30,509 nucleotides of DNA, from assembly GCA_051747585.1 (NCBI GenBank), contig JBNJGH010000035.1:1-30509 (forward strand), written 5' to 3'. A program made the position numbers and the translations under genes. The notes under the pieces are model-generated. The model was not told where the DNA came from. It did no database searches and saw only the letters and a list, made by a program, of their open reading frames with translations. Below, in pieces: positions 17,244 through 26,043 of the stretch (position 1 is the first letter of the stretch; each line of letters starts with the position of its first letter). The stretch comes from Candidatus Rifleibacteriota bacterium. GTDB lineage: Bacteria > Muiribacteriota > Ozemobacteria > Ozemobacterales > Ozemobacteraceae.

Positions 17244-19682
17244 TTATTCTTTTTTATCAGCTGTATTGAATATAGAGCCAATTATTTTAAACGGCAAACT
17301 GATTATCTGGTAGATAAGCCAAAGACTGAATAATAAGCCGATAACAAACAACGGAATATTGATTACCATGCTGAGAATATCGGCAAGATAATTGTTCCAG
17401 ATTCTCGTGGTCCATGGCATAGTTTCTTTTGTCATCAATTGTGAAGTATAGCCACCCTGGCCATCGGAATAGATTGCCAATTCTTTAGTGCCTTCGGGAA
17501 TGTCTTCTACGGTCCCATGTTCCAGACAGCAGATGTAGCCGCTATTAGAAAGATCTCCAATAGTGCCATAAGCGCATTCGTTCGTCGGGTGCGTAAGCCT
17601 GGATTTTAAATAACCTTCTTGAACCAGAATATCCACTTCTTTTTCAGTGACAACGGTCATCATATCGGTGTGATCCATATTATACATTTCAACTGCGCCG
17701 AGTAATACCCTCATGTTTGCATAGCAGGCTTTTACTCTCGCCTGCCCCCTGGCTTTGCGGAAATTAGGAACCGCAACGGCAAAAGGAACAAAACCACTTG
17801 CACCCCAGAGTGAAACACTTTTAGCTTTGGTCTTTTTAACCACAACTCTCTTTTGACTTTTTGCCGCCTGCTTTTTAATATTTGCGTAAGCTGCAGATTG
17901 GTAAGATGATTTCTTTCTTTGGGGAGTTTTTGGTTTGGCTGCTATCTGCGGAACCTGTTTTTTGGCAACGGTTACAAATGATGTATAAGGGGTGGCAAAC
18001 TGATACTTTTTGCTCAATCTTATAACTTCTTCTTTAAGGTCGGGTTTTTCGCCGTAACTTTTGATCTGGTTCAGCAGTTCATTAGCTTTCGCTCTTGCCC
18101 AGTATGCCGGAACAAAACGATTTTGCTGATCTGTTTGTTCTAAAAACGCAGCATTTATTCCGAATTCTTTATTTTCTGAATTTAATTTGCCTGTAAGAGT
18201 TATTTGAGTTTCACCGCTGTTTTTATAACGCCCGGTTACAATAAGCTGAGTTCCTTTATAAACATTAGGCAGTTCTTTAGGGTAAATTCCGCTGACTTCG
18301 ATATTGCCAAAATCAAGATCGAGGTCTACAAGCAGTGGGGTGCTGATTGATTGATAAAACCCTTTCAGTTGCTTGTCCAGGTTAGCTCCTGGTTCAAGAT
18401 AAATGGCTTCTCCACGATTTTCAATGGCGAGTTGCCCGAGAAGTTTTTTATTTACTCCACGACCAACCCCTAAAGTAAAAGTTCTTACTTGAAGCTTGTT
18501 AGAAGCGGTAAAATCATCTACGATTCTTGGAGTCCTTCTGATTCCGTTACTTGCTTCGCCATCTGTTAAAAAGACTATGGTTTGTGTTCTTTCTTGATCT
18601 GATTCAAAAAAATCCAGGGCTTTATGAATAGATTCATAGATATTTGTGCCGCCTCTGGCTTCAAGTCTTTTTATATAGTTTCGGGCTTTAATACGATTTT
18701 CATAGGTTACAGGCATTAATTCGTTTTTCCAGGTTTTGACTCTGCTGGAAAAATCTACAATGCCAAATCTATCCTCGTCGTTAAGCTTGTCGACAAAAAA
18801 GTTGAAGGCTTCCTGAGTTTGCTTGAGCTTGTTTCCTCCCATACTACCGGAGGTATCCATTACAAATACAATGTCGCGATTTGCTATGTCCTGCTGATCA
18901 ATTATTTCCTGGGGCGAAAGCATAAGAACGAAATAACCATCTTTTTCAGCTTCAGGTTTGGCAGCCAGAAAATTAGTTACCATTTCGTCTGCCTTAACTT
19001 CATATGTCAAAACAAAATCTTTTTGTGGTACAAAGCTGCTTTTTTCAAAGGTTGCTTTCCAGCCTCCATCTTCAATTTTTTCTCCATAAATATCGTGACT
19101 GGGTGAGTCTATACCAGTAATTTCTTTTTGGTCTTTAATTATAAGTTCGACACTTACTTGATCGAGACTGGTTTTCTGCCAATCTGAAATATTAAAAGGT
19201 AAATTGTATTTAATTTGTCCGGATTTGTAAGTTAGAATTTCGCCGTATTCAATTACCACGGTTGCTCTTGATTCTGGTGCAATTGAACCTATGCTGGTTT
19301 CAAAAACACCAGGTTGCTTTTTTACCGCAATAGCAGCAACTTTTCCTTCATTTTTAGCCTTATTGAATTTTTGTTCGGCCCGGTTTGATTCTTCTATTTG
19401 TCCTTCATAAATTTTTCCGTCACTGTCAGTTAAAGAGAAGGATTGAACCGAAGCTCCTTCATGAACAGGAAATCTGATATTTGGATGAATCGTCGATTGG
19501 TGCGGATTATAAAATATCTGCTCCAGTCTGGTAACAGCTACCTGATTATTAATTTCAACCGAGATTTTTTGCGATACCAGCGGCAAATCGCCTTTAGATG
19601 ATACAAGATAACCGGCCGGGGCTGAAGTTATAAAGCCTGCAATCAGCAAAAGGCAAAGAAACATAATTCTGATTTTTTTCAT
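17244..19682 (-). CDS. Secreted/membrane-anchored VIT + vWA protein with pilin-like insert
   Basis: Signal peptide; VIT (VAVTRLEQIFYNP, FPV); vWA MIDAS DTSGSM, GGTN, LTDG; ITIH-like TPYTSFV; pilin-like segment; C-terminal TM helix. Confidence 0.85.
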   Translation of the reverse strand: MKKIRIMFLCLLLIAGFITSAPAGYLVSSKGDLPLVSQKISVEINNQVAVTRLEQIFYNPHQSTIHPNIRFPVHEGASVQSFSLTDSDGKIYEGQIEESNRAEQKFNKAKNEGKVAAIAVKKQPGVFETSIGSIAPESRATVVIEYGEILTYKSGQIKYNLPFNISDWQKTSLDQVSVELIIKDQKEITGIDSPSHDIYGEKIEDGGWKATFEKSSFVPQKDFVLTYEVKADEMVTNFLAAKPEAEKDGYFVLMLSPQEIIDQQDIANRDIVFVMDTSGSMGGNKLKQTQEAFNFFVDKLNDEDRFGIVDFSSRVKTWKNELMPVTYENRIKARNYIKRLEARGGTNIYESIHKALDFFESDQERTQTIVFLTDGEASNGIRRTPRIVDDFTASNKLQVRTFTLGVGRGVNKKLLGQLAIENRGEAIYLEPGANLDKQLKGFYQSISTPLLVDLDLDFGNIEVSGIYPKELPNVYKGTQLIVTGRYKNSGETQITLTGKLNSENKEFGINAAFLEQTDQQNRFVPAYWARAKANELLNQIKSYGEKPDLKEEVIRLSKKYQFATPYTSFVTVAKKQVPQIAAKPKTPQRKKSSYQSAAYANIKKQAAKSQKRVVVKKTKAKSVSLWGASGFVPFAVAVPNFRKARGQARVKACYANMRVLLGAVEMYNMDHTDMMTVVTEKEVDILVQEGYLKSRLTHPTNECAYGTIGDLSNSGYICCLEHGTVEDIPEGTKELAIYSDGQGGYTSQLMTKETMPWTTRIWNNYLADILSMVINIPLFVIGLLFSLWLIYQIISLPFKIIGSIFNTADKKE

Positions 19683-19806
19683 CTGAGCTTCTCCTTGTTT
19701 TTTTTGCCGCCTGAATTTAACCGGATTCTTAGAACAAAATAATAAATAAATAAAAATAATTTCATAATAAAATTCGAATCAGGAAATTAACGGCAATAAT
19801 TATAAG

Positions 19807-19823
19807 AGCAAATTGAATGCCAG
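19807..19823 (-). promoter_or_regulatory. Sigma54 (-24/-12) promoter facing the VIT-vWA cluster
   Basis: Minus strand CTGGCATTCAATTTGCT is TGGCA-N6-TTGCT with exact GG-N10-GC spacing, about 125 bp upstream of ATG 19682. Confidence 0.65.
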
Positions 19824-19898
19824 TTTGGCAAAACTTTGCCTGATCAGCTTATTAAGCCATTTTAAGAACCCGGTTGTGATTTTGAAAGATAAAAAAAA

Positions 19899-19914
19899 GC
19901 GACAAAGGTGACGC
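19899..19914. promoter_or_regulatory. Candidate upstream activator site for a sigma54 enhancer-binding protein
   Basis: Imperfect palindrome GCGACA-N4-TGACGC, about 80-90 bp upstream of the -24 box. Confidence 0.3.
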
Positions 19915-19930
19915 ACCATGGTCGTTTGTG

Positions 19931-20545
19931 TCATCTAACGGGTGGGCATTCTGGAAAAATAAGGTTGTTTTTATATAAATCTGCACCTGTTTTTATTCCT
20001 CTTTTATCGAGGTCATCAAGCATGTGATAAAGAATGTGCTTTACAGCTTCAGTGTCGTTCATTGCTCGGTGAGCGTCAACAAGGCTGACTCCATAATGTT
20101 TCGCTACATTTTCAAGTTTATTTGATCTCAAACCGAGGAATTTTCTGGCGAGTCGAAGTGTACATAATGATGGCATTTTAAGAGGTTTTTTTAGATGCAT
20201 TCTGTAGTTGAAATCGATAAATGACCAGTCGAAAGGTACGTTGTGAGCTACAAATATGCAATTTTGAAAAAGAGCGTCAATTATCGGTAATACCTCTTTG
20301 ATAACAGGTTTGTCTGATACCATATCCTCGGTAATACCTGTTAAGTCTGTTATTTTTGCAGGAATTGGATATTCTGGATTCACCAGGGTTTCAAATGGTT
20401 CTTCCTGACCATCGTTAATAGATATTATAGCAACTTCCGTTATTCCTGCTGCATTTGGTTTGAAGCCGGTAGTTTCAAGGTCTAAAACTACGAAAGGCAA
20501 TTCTTTGAGTGGTTTGTACATAAATTCTGGAATCATGTTTTTCAT
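19931..20545 (-). CDS. DEDDh 3'-5' exonuclease (DnaQ/PolC-exo-like, stand-alone)
   Basis: VVLDLETTG, LTGIT, VAHNVPFD, HRAMND. Confidence 0.9.
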   Translation of the reverse strand: MKNMIPEFMYKPLKELPFVVLDLETTGFKPNAAGITEVAIISINDGQEEPFETLVNPEYPIPAKITDLTGITEDMVSDKPVIKEVLPIIDALFQNCIFVAHNVPFDWSFIDFNYRMHLKKPLKMPSLCTLRLARKFLGLRSNKLENVAKHYGVSLVDAHRAMNDTEAVKHILYHMLDDLDKRGIKTGADLYKNNLIFPECPPVR

Positions 20546-20596
20546 GATCTTATGATATAACTAACAGAGCATTGGGTCAATATCCTCGCCCGCTTG

Positions 20597-20967
20597 TCCG
20601 CCATAGCCTTGGCGACGGCGGATACTCGTGCTTGCTCATACTCGTAATCATGCTCGTAATCGTAATCGTTGTCGATTTCTCTTCGATCCCGACCCCGACA
20701 AAGCAATCTCAAATTTCTATCCGTCATTGTATCTTGGTGGTTGAGCGGAGCGATGCGTTGAGCGGCGTCGAAGCGTCGAAACCACCAAATAGACGGCTAC
20801 AGGATCCCTTCGACTCCGCTCAGGGACCATATTGGCCCGTCATCGTATCTTGGTCATTGAGCGTTAGTCGAAATGACCATATTGGCCCGTCATTCCTGAC
20901 CGGTTCTAACCGGATCAGGAATCCAGAATAATTGTCGTTTATGTTATAAACAAATGGAGAGTTACTG
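20597..20967. repeat. Composite cluster of REP-like palindromes and short repeats ending in a MITE-type terminus
   Basis: TCCGCC..GGCGGA hairpin (20597-20622); (C/A)TCGTA-type hexamers (20625-20678); several stem-TGAGCGGAGTCGAA-stem units; 19-bp direct repeat GACCATATTGGCCCGTCAT (20825, 20875); terminus 20944-20967 is 22/24 identical to 27472-27495. Confidence 0.75.
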
Positions 20968-20982
20968 AGAAAGGAGCAGCTT

Positions 20983-21363
20983 ATGAAACAGATGAAACAT
21001 TTAATTGGAGTTTTGACCGATTTTTCTGACAAAGCCATGACTGTGACTGAAACCAGGTCAGGTCAGGAATTCTATTTTCAACCTGGCGACCTTGAAGAAG
21101 TAGAGCTGGGAGAGAAGATTGATCTCTTGATAGCAGATGCGCCCGACAGCGAAGGATTTTGCCAGGTTTTAATCCAGAAAAAGAAAAAGAAAACCAAACC
21201 TTTTAGAATGCCGAACTTTTCAACTTTGCTTAAACACATGATTAAGACACGAGATCGTCTTAAAGTTACTCTCGAAGAAAATCCTGAAACGGAAAACTAT
21301 TCAGAAATCAATGAGAAAATAGAATATCTCGATCGGGGCATAGAACTTTTCAAAAATGGGTAA
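20983..21363 (+). CDS. Hypothetical protein
   Basis: Strong RBS AAGGAG, 126 aa, plausible composition; no family recognised. Confidence 0.7.
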   Translation: MKQMKHLIGVLTDFSDKAMTVTETRSGQEFYFQPGDLEEVELGEKIDLLIADAPDSEGFCQVLIQKKKKKTKPFRMPNFSTLLKHMIKTRDRLKVTLEENPETENYSEINEKIEYLDRGIELFKNG

Positions 21364-21364
21364 T

Positions 21365-21964
21365 CTATTTAACCGGTGGGCAGATTAGAGGGCGCTCAAT
21401 TTCTTCTTGTACCGGAAAAAGACGATTGGCACTCATTACGACCAGGTCATCCAGTTTTAGTCTTCGTTTTGCCATTTTTTTTGAGCGAGTAAGAAGCTTT
21501 TCTATTAATTCTGTTTTGTTCGAGTATACATCTTTGCTTAAAGTTATGTGGGGTTCAAAGTTTTCCTGATCGGCATGGGGAAAAATCTCAAACCTCTTGG
21601 CAAAAACATCGCAAATCTCATTATGAAAACTTTCCAGCTGTTCATTGGGCATTACTTTTAAAAAAATTACCGAGTTTTTATTGTTGCCATAAGTAAAAGT
21701 GGAAAACCCTCTTACAAAAATACTTAAAGGCAGATATTTATTTGAAACCTTGTAAATCTCAGGTAATAATTCAATGATTTTTTCGTCATCGAGATAATCT
21801 GAAGAATGACCCAGGAACTTTACGGTTAAGTGCGCTGTTGCCAAGGGCTCAAAAGTTTTGCAAACTCTTGAAAGCTTTCGATTGCATGCCGATAAAAACT
21901 TTCTGAAATTTGAGGGAATTCTTAATGCTAATGTGTATGGCAGGTTTTGTTTGCGCTTGTTCAT
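21365..21964 (-). CDS. 2H phosphoesterase / 2'-5' RNA ligase family protein
   Basis: Two HxT motifs: AHLTVKFLG and FEPHITL. Confidence 0.8.
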   Translation of the reverse strand: MNKRKQNLPYTLALRIPSNFRKFLSACNRKLSRVCKTFEPLATAHLTVKFLGHSSDYLDDEKIIELLPEIYKVSNKYLPLSIFVRGFSTFTYGNNKNSVIFLKVMPNEQLESFHNEICDVFAKRFEIFPHADQENFEPHITLSKDVYSNKTELIEKLLTRSKKMAKRRLKLDDLVVMSANRLFPVQEEIERPLICPPVK

Positions 21965-22155
21965 AATTTAAACCAGTAATTAGAATACCCCAAAATTATA
22001 GCCTTAAAAAGCCTAAAATTTTATTTGCATTTACTTTTTTGTGAAACTCTGTATAATGACTGCTGATTTTAAATGATAAACAGCAAGGAACAGGAATACA
22101 AATTTACTTTTTTCTTGCTGTTGCATTTTGATTTAAGGAATATGGAGGGAAGTAT

Positions 22156-23106
22156 ATGAATAGTAACGGAAAACTTGCAGTTGTTGCTGTAGGTGGTAAC
22201 TCTCTTATCGCAGATAAAAATCATCAGACAGTTCCTGATCAGTATGCAGCAGCCGCCAGAACCATGGCTCATATTGCTGATATGGTAGAGGAAGGCTATC
22301 GAGTAGTTATTACTCATGGCAATGGCCCACAGGTTGGCTTTATTCTGCTGAGAAGTGAAATTGCCAGAGATCAGATTCATCCTGTTCCATTAGACAGTTG
22401 TGGTGCAGATACCCAGGGCGCGATAGGTTATAATTTCCAGATGTCTCTGGGCAACGAATTTAAAAAGCGCAAAATTGACAAACCTGTTGTTACAGTTGTT
22501 ACTCAGGTTAGAGTCGATCCTGAAGATGAATCATTTCAGCATCCATCAAAACCAATTGGCCAATTTTATACTGAAGAAGAAGCAAAAGAAAGAATGGCAA
22601 AAGATGGCTGGGAAATGGTAGAAGATGCCGGCCGAGGTTGGCGCCGTGTTGTCGCTTCTCCGCTTCCTCTGGAAATAATTGAAGAAGAAGCCGTTAAAAC
22701 CCTCAGCGAAAGAGGTTTTATGGTTATCGCAGTCGGTGGTGGCGGGATTCCGGTCGTTTATGACAAAGATAAAAATCTTACCGGAACTGCAGCTGTTATC
22801 GATAAAGATTTCGCTTCTTCGTTGCTGGCTTCTAATTTGAATGCCGATGTTTTTGTTATTTCCACAGCAGTTGAAAAAGCCTGCCTTAACTTTGGTAAGC
22901 CGGACCAGAAAGAACTTGATAAAGTTACCATGGCCGAACTGGAAAAATATTGCGAAGAAGGACATTTTAAACCTGGTTCCATGCTACCTAAATGCCGGGC
23001 GATAATTAAATTTCTTAAAAACGGCGGAAAACACGCTATTATTACTAATCCTGAAAATCTTGCCAAAGCTGTTAAAGGCGAAGCAGGAACTCATATATAT
23101 CCATAA
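22156..23106 (+). CDS. arcC: Carbamate kinase
   Basis: VAVGGNSL, THGNGPQVG, TQGAIGY, KPIG, EDAGRGWRRVVASP, GGGGIPV, VIDKD, GSMLPK. Confidence 0.95.
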   Translation: MNSNGKLAVVAVGGNSLIADKNHQTVPDQYAAAARTMAHIADMVEEGYRVVITHGNGPQVGFILLRSEIARDQIHPVPLDSCGADTQGAIGYNFQMSLGNEFKKRKIDKPVVTVVTQVRVDPEDESFQHPSKPIGQFYTEEEAKERMAKDGWEMVEDAGRGWRRVVASPLPLEIIEEEAVKTLSERGFMVIAVGGGGIPVVYDKDKNLTGTAAVIDKDFASSLLASNLNADVFVISTAVEKACLNFGKPDQKELDKVTMAELEKYCEEGHFKPGSMLPKCRAIIKFLKNGGKHAIITNPENLAKAVKGEAGTHIYP

Positions 23107-23124
23107 AAATAAGGAGCGATTGAA

Positions 23125-24615
23125 GTGCCAAAATATTCACACAAATTTAAACTTCACATAAAAGAAGACGTTCTCAAGAAAACTGTTCAAAGAGCAAGAG
23201 AAAAAAATATAATTATTCCGACCTTTGCTCAGCAGCAAAACCCGGAACTTATTCCTGAAAAAATAAAAAAACAGGTTAAGCCCCTGGACCTATGGGATGT
23301 AGACCCTAGAAACCTTTTCCGCATTACCTGGCATAATAATATCGAAACAGGTCTTTACGGTGATGCTCCCTTTATTGAATTTCCAAAAGAAATAACCGGA
23401 ACAAAAGCACGTGTTGTCGGACTTATCGGTAAATATTTTCCAACAGGTGCACATAAAGTAGGCGCAGCTTTTGGTTGCCTGGTTCCAAGACTGGTAAGCG
23501 GAGAGTTCGATCCTACAACTCAAAAAGCCGTTTGGCCAAGTACCGGCAACTACTGTCGCGGTGGCGCTTATGATTGTTCATTACTTGGAACACCCGCAAT
23601 TGCAATTCTTCCAGAAGAAATGAGTTCAGAAAGATTCACCTGGTTGAAAGAGATAGGAACCGATGAAATTTTTGCAACTCCGGGGTGCGAATCTAATGTT
23701 AAAGAAATTTATGATAAATGCTGGGAGCTTCGTAAAACGCGTGGCGATGACATTGTAATTTTTAACCAGTTTGAAGAATTTGGCAATGCAATCTGGCATT
23801 ATCATCTGACCGGAAACGCTATTCTTGAGGTTTACAATAAAATCAAAACCGATAGAAGCAGATTCTCAGCCTGGGTTTCAGCAACCGGTTCAGCCGGCAC
23901 TATCGCAGCCGGAGACAGAATTAAGAAAGATCACCCTCATTGTCGTATAGCTGCGTCTGAAGCTTTGCAGTGTCCTACCTTGCTTTCATGCGGTTTTGGT
24001 GGCCATCGTATCGAGGGAATCGGCGATAAACATGTTCCCTGGATTCATAATACCAGAAATACCGACACGGTTGTCGCAGTTGACGATGAAAACTGTATGC
24101 AGCTTTTGCGCGTGTTTAACGAACCGGCCGGTAAAGAAATGCTTAAAAATGCCGGTGTCGATTCAAAATTGATCGATAATCTTGGGTTACTTGGCATCAG
24201 CAGTATAAGCAATTTACTCTCTGCAATAAAAACCGCCAAGTTTTATGAAATGAACGAAGATGATGTCATTTTTACCTGTTTGACTGATTCAGCAGGAATG
24301 TATGAATCAAGAATTCAAGAACTTCAACAGCAGCAGGGCGAATATTGTAATGGCAGAGCTTTGGCTGACTTTGAACGATATCTGCTTGGCGAAGATACTC
24401 AGGATATGATGGAACTTACCTATCATGACCGCAAACGTCTCCATAATTTCAAATATTATACCTGGGTCGAACAACAGGGTAAGACCGTTGAAGAAATAAA
24501 CGAACTCTGGGATCTCGAATTCTGGGAAGACGTATTCTCAGATGAGATAGTTAAACACTGGGATGAACAGATCGTTGAATTCAACAATCGAACAGGTTTG
24601 TTAGACGAACTGTAA
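23125..24615 (+). CDS. PLP-dependent fold-type II enzyme (cysteine synthase / Trp synthase beta superfamily), function unknown
   Basis: FPTGAHKV (PLP lysine), PSTGNY, TGSAGT phosphate loop, HRIEGIG. GTG start follows AAGGAG. Confidence 0.8.
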   Translation: MPKYSHKFKLHIKEDVLKKTVQRAREKNIIIPTFAQQQNPELIPEKIKKQVKPLDLWDVDPRNLFRITWHNNIETGLYGDAPFIEFPKEITGTKARVVGLIGKYFPTGAHKVGAAFGCLVPRLVSGEFDPTTQKAVWPSTGNYCRGGAYDCSLLGTPAIAILPEEMSSERFTWLKEIGTDEIFATPGCESNVKEIYDKCWELRKTRGDDIVIFNQFEEFGNAIWHYHLTGNAILEVYNKIKTDRSRFSAWVSATGSAGTIAAGDRIKKDHPHCRIAASEALQCPTLLSCGFGGHRIEGIGDKHVPWIHNTRNTDTVVAVDDENCMQLLRVFNEPAGKEMLKNAGVDSKLIDNLGLLGISSISNLLSAIKTAKFYEMNEDDVIFTCLTDSAGMYESRIQELQQQQGEYCNGRALADFERYLLGEDTQDMMELTYHDRKRLHNFKYYTWVEQQGKTVEEINELWDLEFWEDVFSDEIVKHWDEQIVEFNNRTGLLDEL

Positions 24616-24638
24616 TTTAAATCCTTTGAATTAAGATT

Positions 24639-24682
24639 ACCGCCTCAAATTTTCTAAAAAGAAATTTTGAGGCGGTTTTTTA
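24639..24682 (+). terminator. Rho-independent terminator
   Basis: ACCGCCTCAAA...TTTGAGGCGGT followed by a T-run. Confidence 0.75.
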
Positions 24683-24811
24683 TCCAAATAAAAATATAGT
24701 TTTTCTAACCGAGGCTTAAGTTGTTTTAATTTACAAACTCGGTTATAATATCGCCTCTAATTGACTAATTTGGGTCTTAAAAGAAATATAAATGGCATGG
24801 AGAGTAATGAT

Positions 24812-26014
24812 ATGACAACAGCAAAAAAAATCATGGAACTGGCCGAAAAATATCGCGATTATACTGCCGCGAACCTTGGCAAAATGGTAAAAATACCTTC
24901 AGAAAGTATGAAAGAAAAAGATGTTCAAGCCGAGGTTGTTAAACAAATGAAAGAGGCCGGTTTTGATGAAGTCAGAACCGATGGTCTTGGAAACGTTATT
25001 GGCAGAATAGGCAATGGAAAAACAGTTCTGGCTATAGATGGTCATGTTGATACAGTAGGCGTTGGTAACAGAGACAACTGGGAATTCGATCCTTTTCTTG
25101 GCGAAGTTAAAGACGGTCATGTTCTTGGTCGAGGCACTGTTGATCAAGAAAGCGGCATAGCCTCAGCTATAACTGCCGGCAGAATTTTAAAAGAAATGGG
25201 ATTCGATCGTGATGTTACTTTTTATGTGGTCAGTTCGGTAATGGAAGAAGATTGCGACGGTCTTTGCTGGAAATACCTCGTTGAAGAAGAAAATCTTAAA
25301 CCTGATTTTGTCATCAGTACTGAACCCACAAATTTGAATGTATACCGCGGACACCGTGGAAGAATGGAAATGGGCGTCGATTTCAGAGGAATATCCTGCC
25401 ACGGTTCTGCCCCTGAACGCGGTAAAAATGCCGTTTATATGGCTGCTCGCTTTGCAATTGAAATTGAAAAGCTTAACGAAAATCTTAAAAACGATGAGTT
25501 CCTTGGCAAAGGTACTGTTACAATCTCAGAATTTAAATCAGGAAGCCCGTCTTTGTGTGCTGTTGCTGATTCAGTGCATATTCATCTTGATCGACGCTTA
25601 ACCTGGGGCGAAACCAAAGAATCTGCGGTAAAAGAAGTTGAAGATGCAATAACCAGAGCAGGTCTCAAGGTTAATGAAGATGCAAAAGTAGAAGTTCTTC
25701 ATTATGAAGAAGTTGCTTATACCGGACTTCGCTATGGCATGGAAAAGTATTTTCCAACCTGGAAACTCGAAGAAAGTGAACGAGTTGTTCAGACCGGCGT
25801 TAAAGCTTTCAAAGAGCTTTTCGAAAAAGATCCTAAAATAGATAAATGGACCTTTTCTACCAATGGCGTAACAATTAATGGTTACTATAAAATACCAATG
25901 ATTGGTTTTGGGCCTGGTAACGAAGTAATGGCACATGCTCCAAATGAAAAATGCCCGGTAGATGACCTGGTAAAAGCTGCTGCGTTTTATGCCCAGTATG
26001 CTTATGAAATTTAA
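24812..26014 (+). CDS. ygeY: YgeY family M20 metallohydrolase
   Basis: DGHVDTVG, GRGTVDQE, EEDCDGLCW, TEPT, GHRGRME, KWTFSTNGV, AHAPNE; adjacent to ygeW. Confidence 0.92.
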   Translation: MTTAKKIMELAEKYRDYTAANLGKMVKIPSESMKEKDVQAEVVKQMKEAGFDEVRTDGLGNVIGRIGNGKTVLAIDGHVDTVGVGNRDNWEFDPFLGEVKDGHVLGRGTVDQESGIASAITAGRILKEMGFDRDVTFYVVSSVMEEDCDGLCWKYLVEEENLKPDFVISTEPTNLNVYRGHRGRMEMGVDFRGISCHGSAPERGKNAVYMAARFAIEIEKLNENLKNDEFLGKGTVTISEFKSGSPSLCAVADSVHIHLDRRLTWGETKESAVKEVEDAITRAGLKVNEDAKVEVLHYEEVAYTGLRYGMEKYFPTWKLEESERVVQTGVKAFKELFEKDPKIDKWTFSTNGVTINGYYKIPMIGFGPGNEVMAHAPNEKCPVDDLVKAAAFYAQYAYEI

Positions 26015-26043
26015 TCAAAAATAAAATAAAAAAGGAAAGTAAA

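Noticed and set aside
19825..19840. Second sigma54-like site TTGGCAAAACTTTGCC on the + strand
   Set aside because: GG-GC spacing is 9 rather than 10 and it points into a gene 3' end.
20721..20893. Possible CRISPR array
   Set aside because: Only two copies of each 18-19-bp repeat, the 'spacers' are themselves related palindromes, and there are no cas genes.
20542..21038. Three short ORFs, including the DYDYEHDYEYE peptide
   Set aside because: They are translations of the palindrome and hexamer repeat cluster, with no family motifs.
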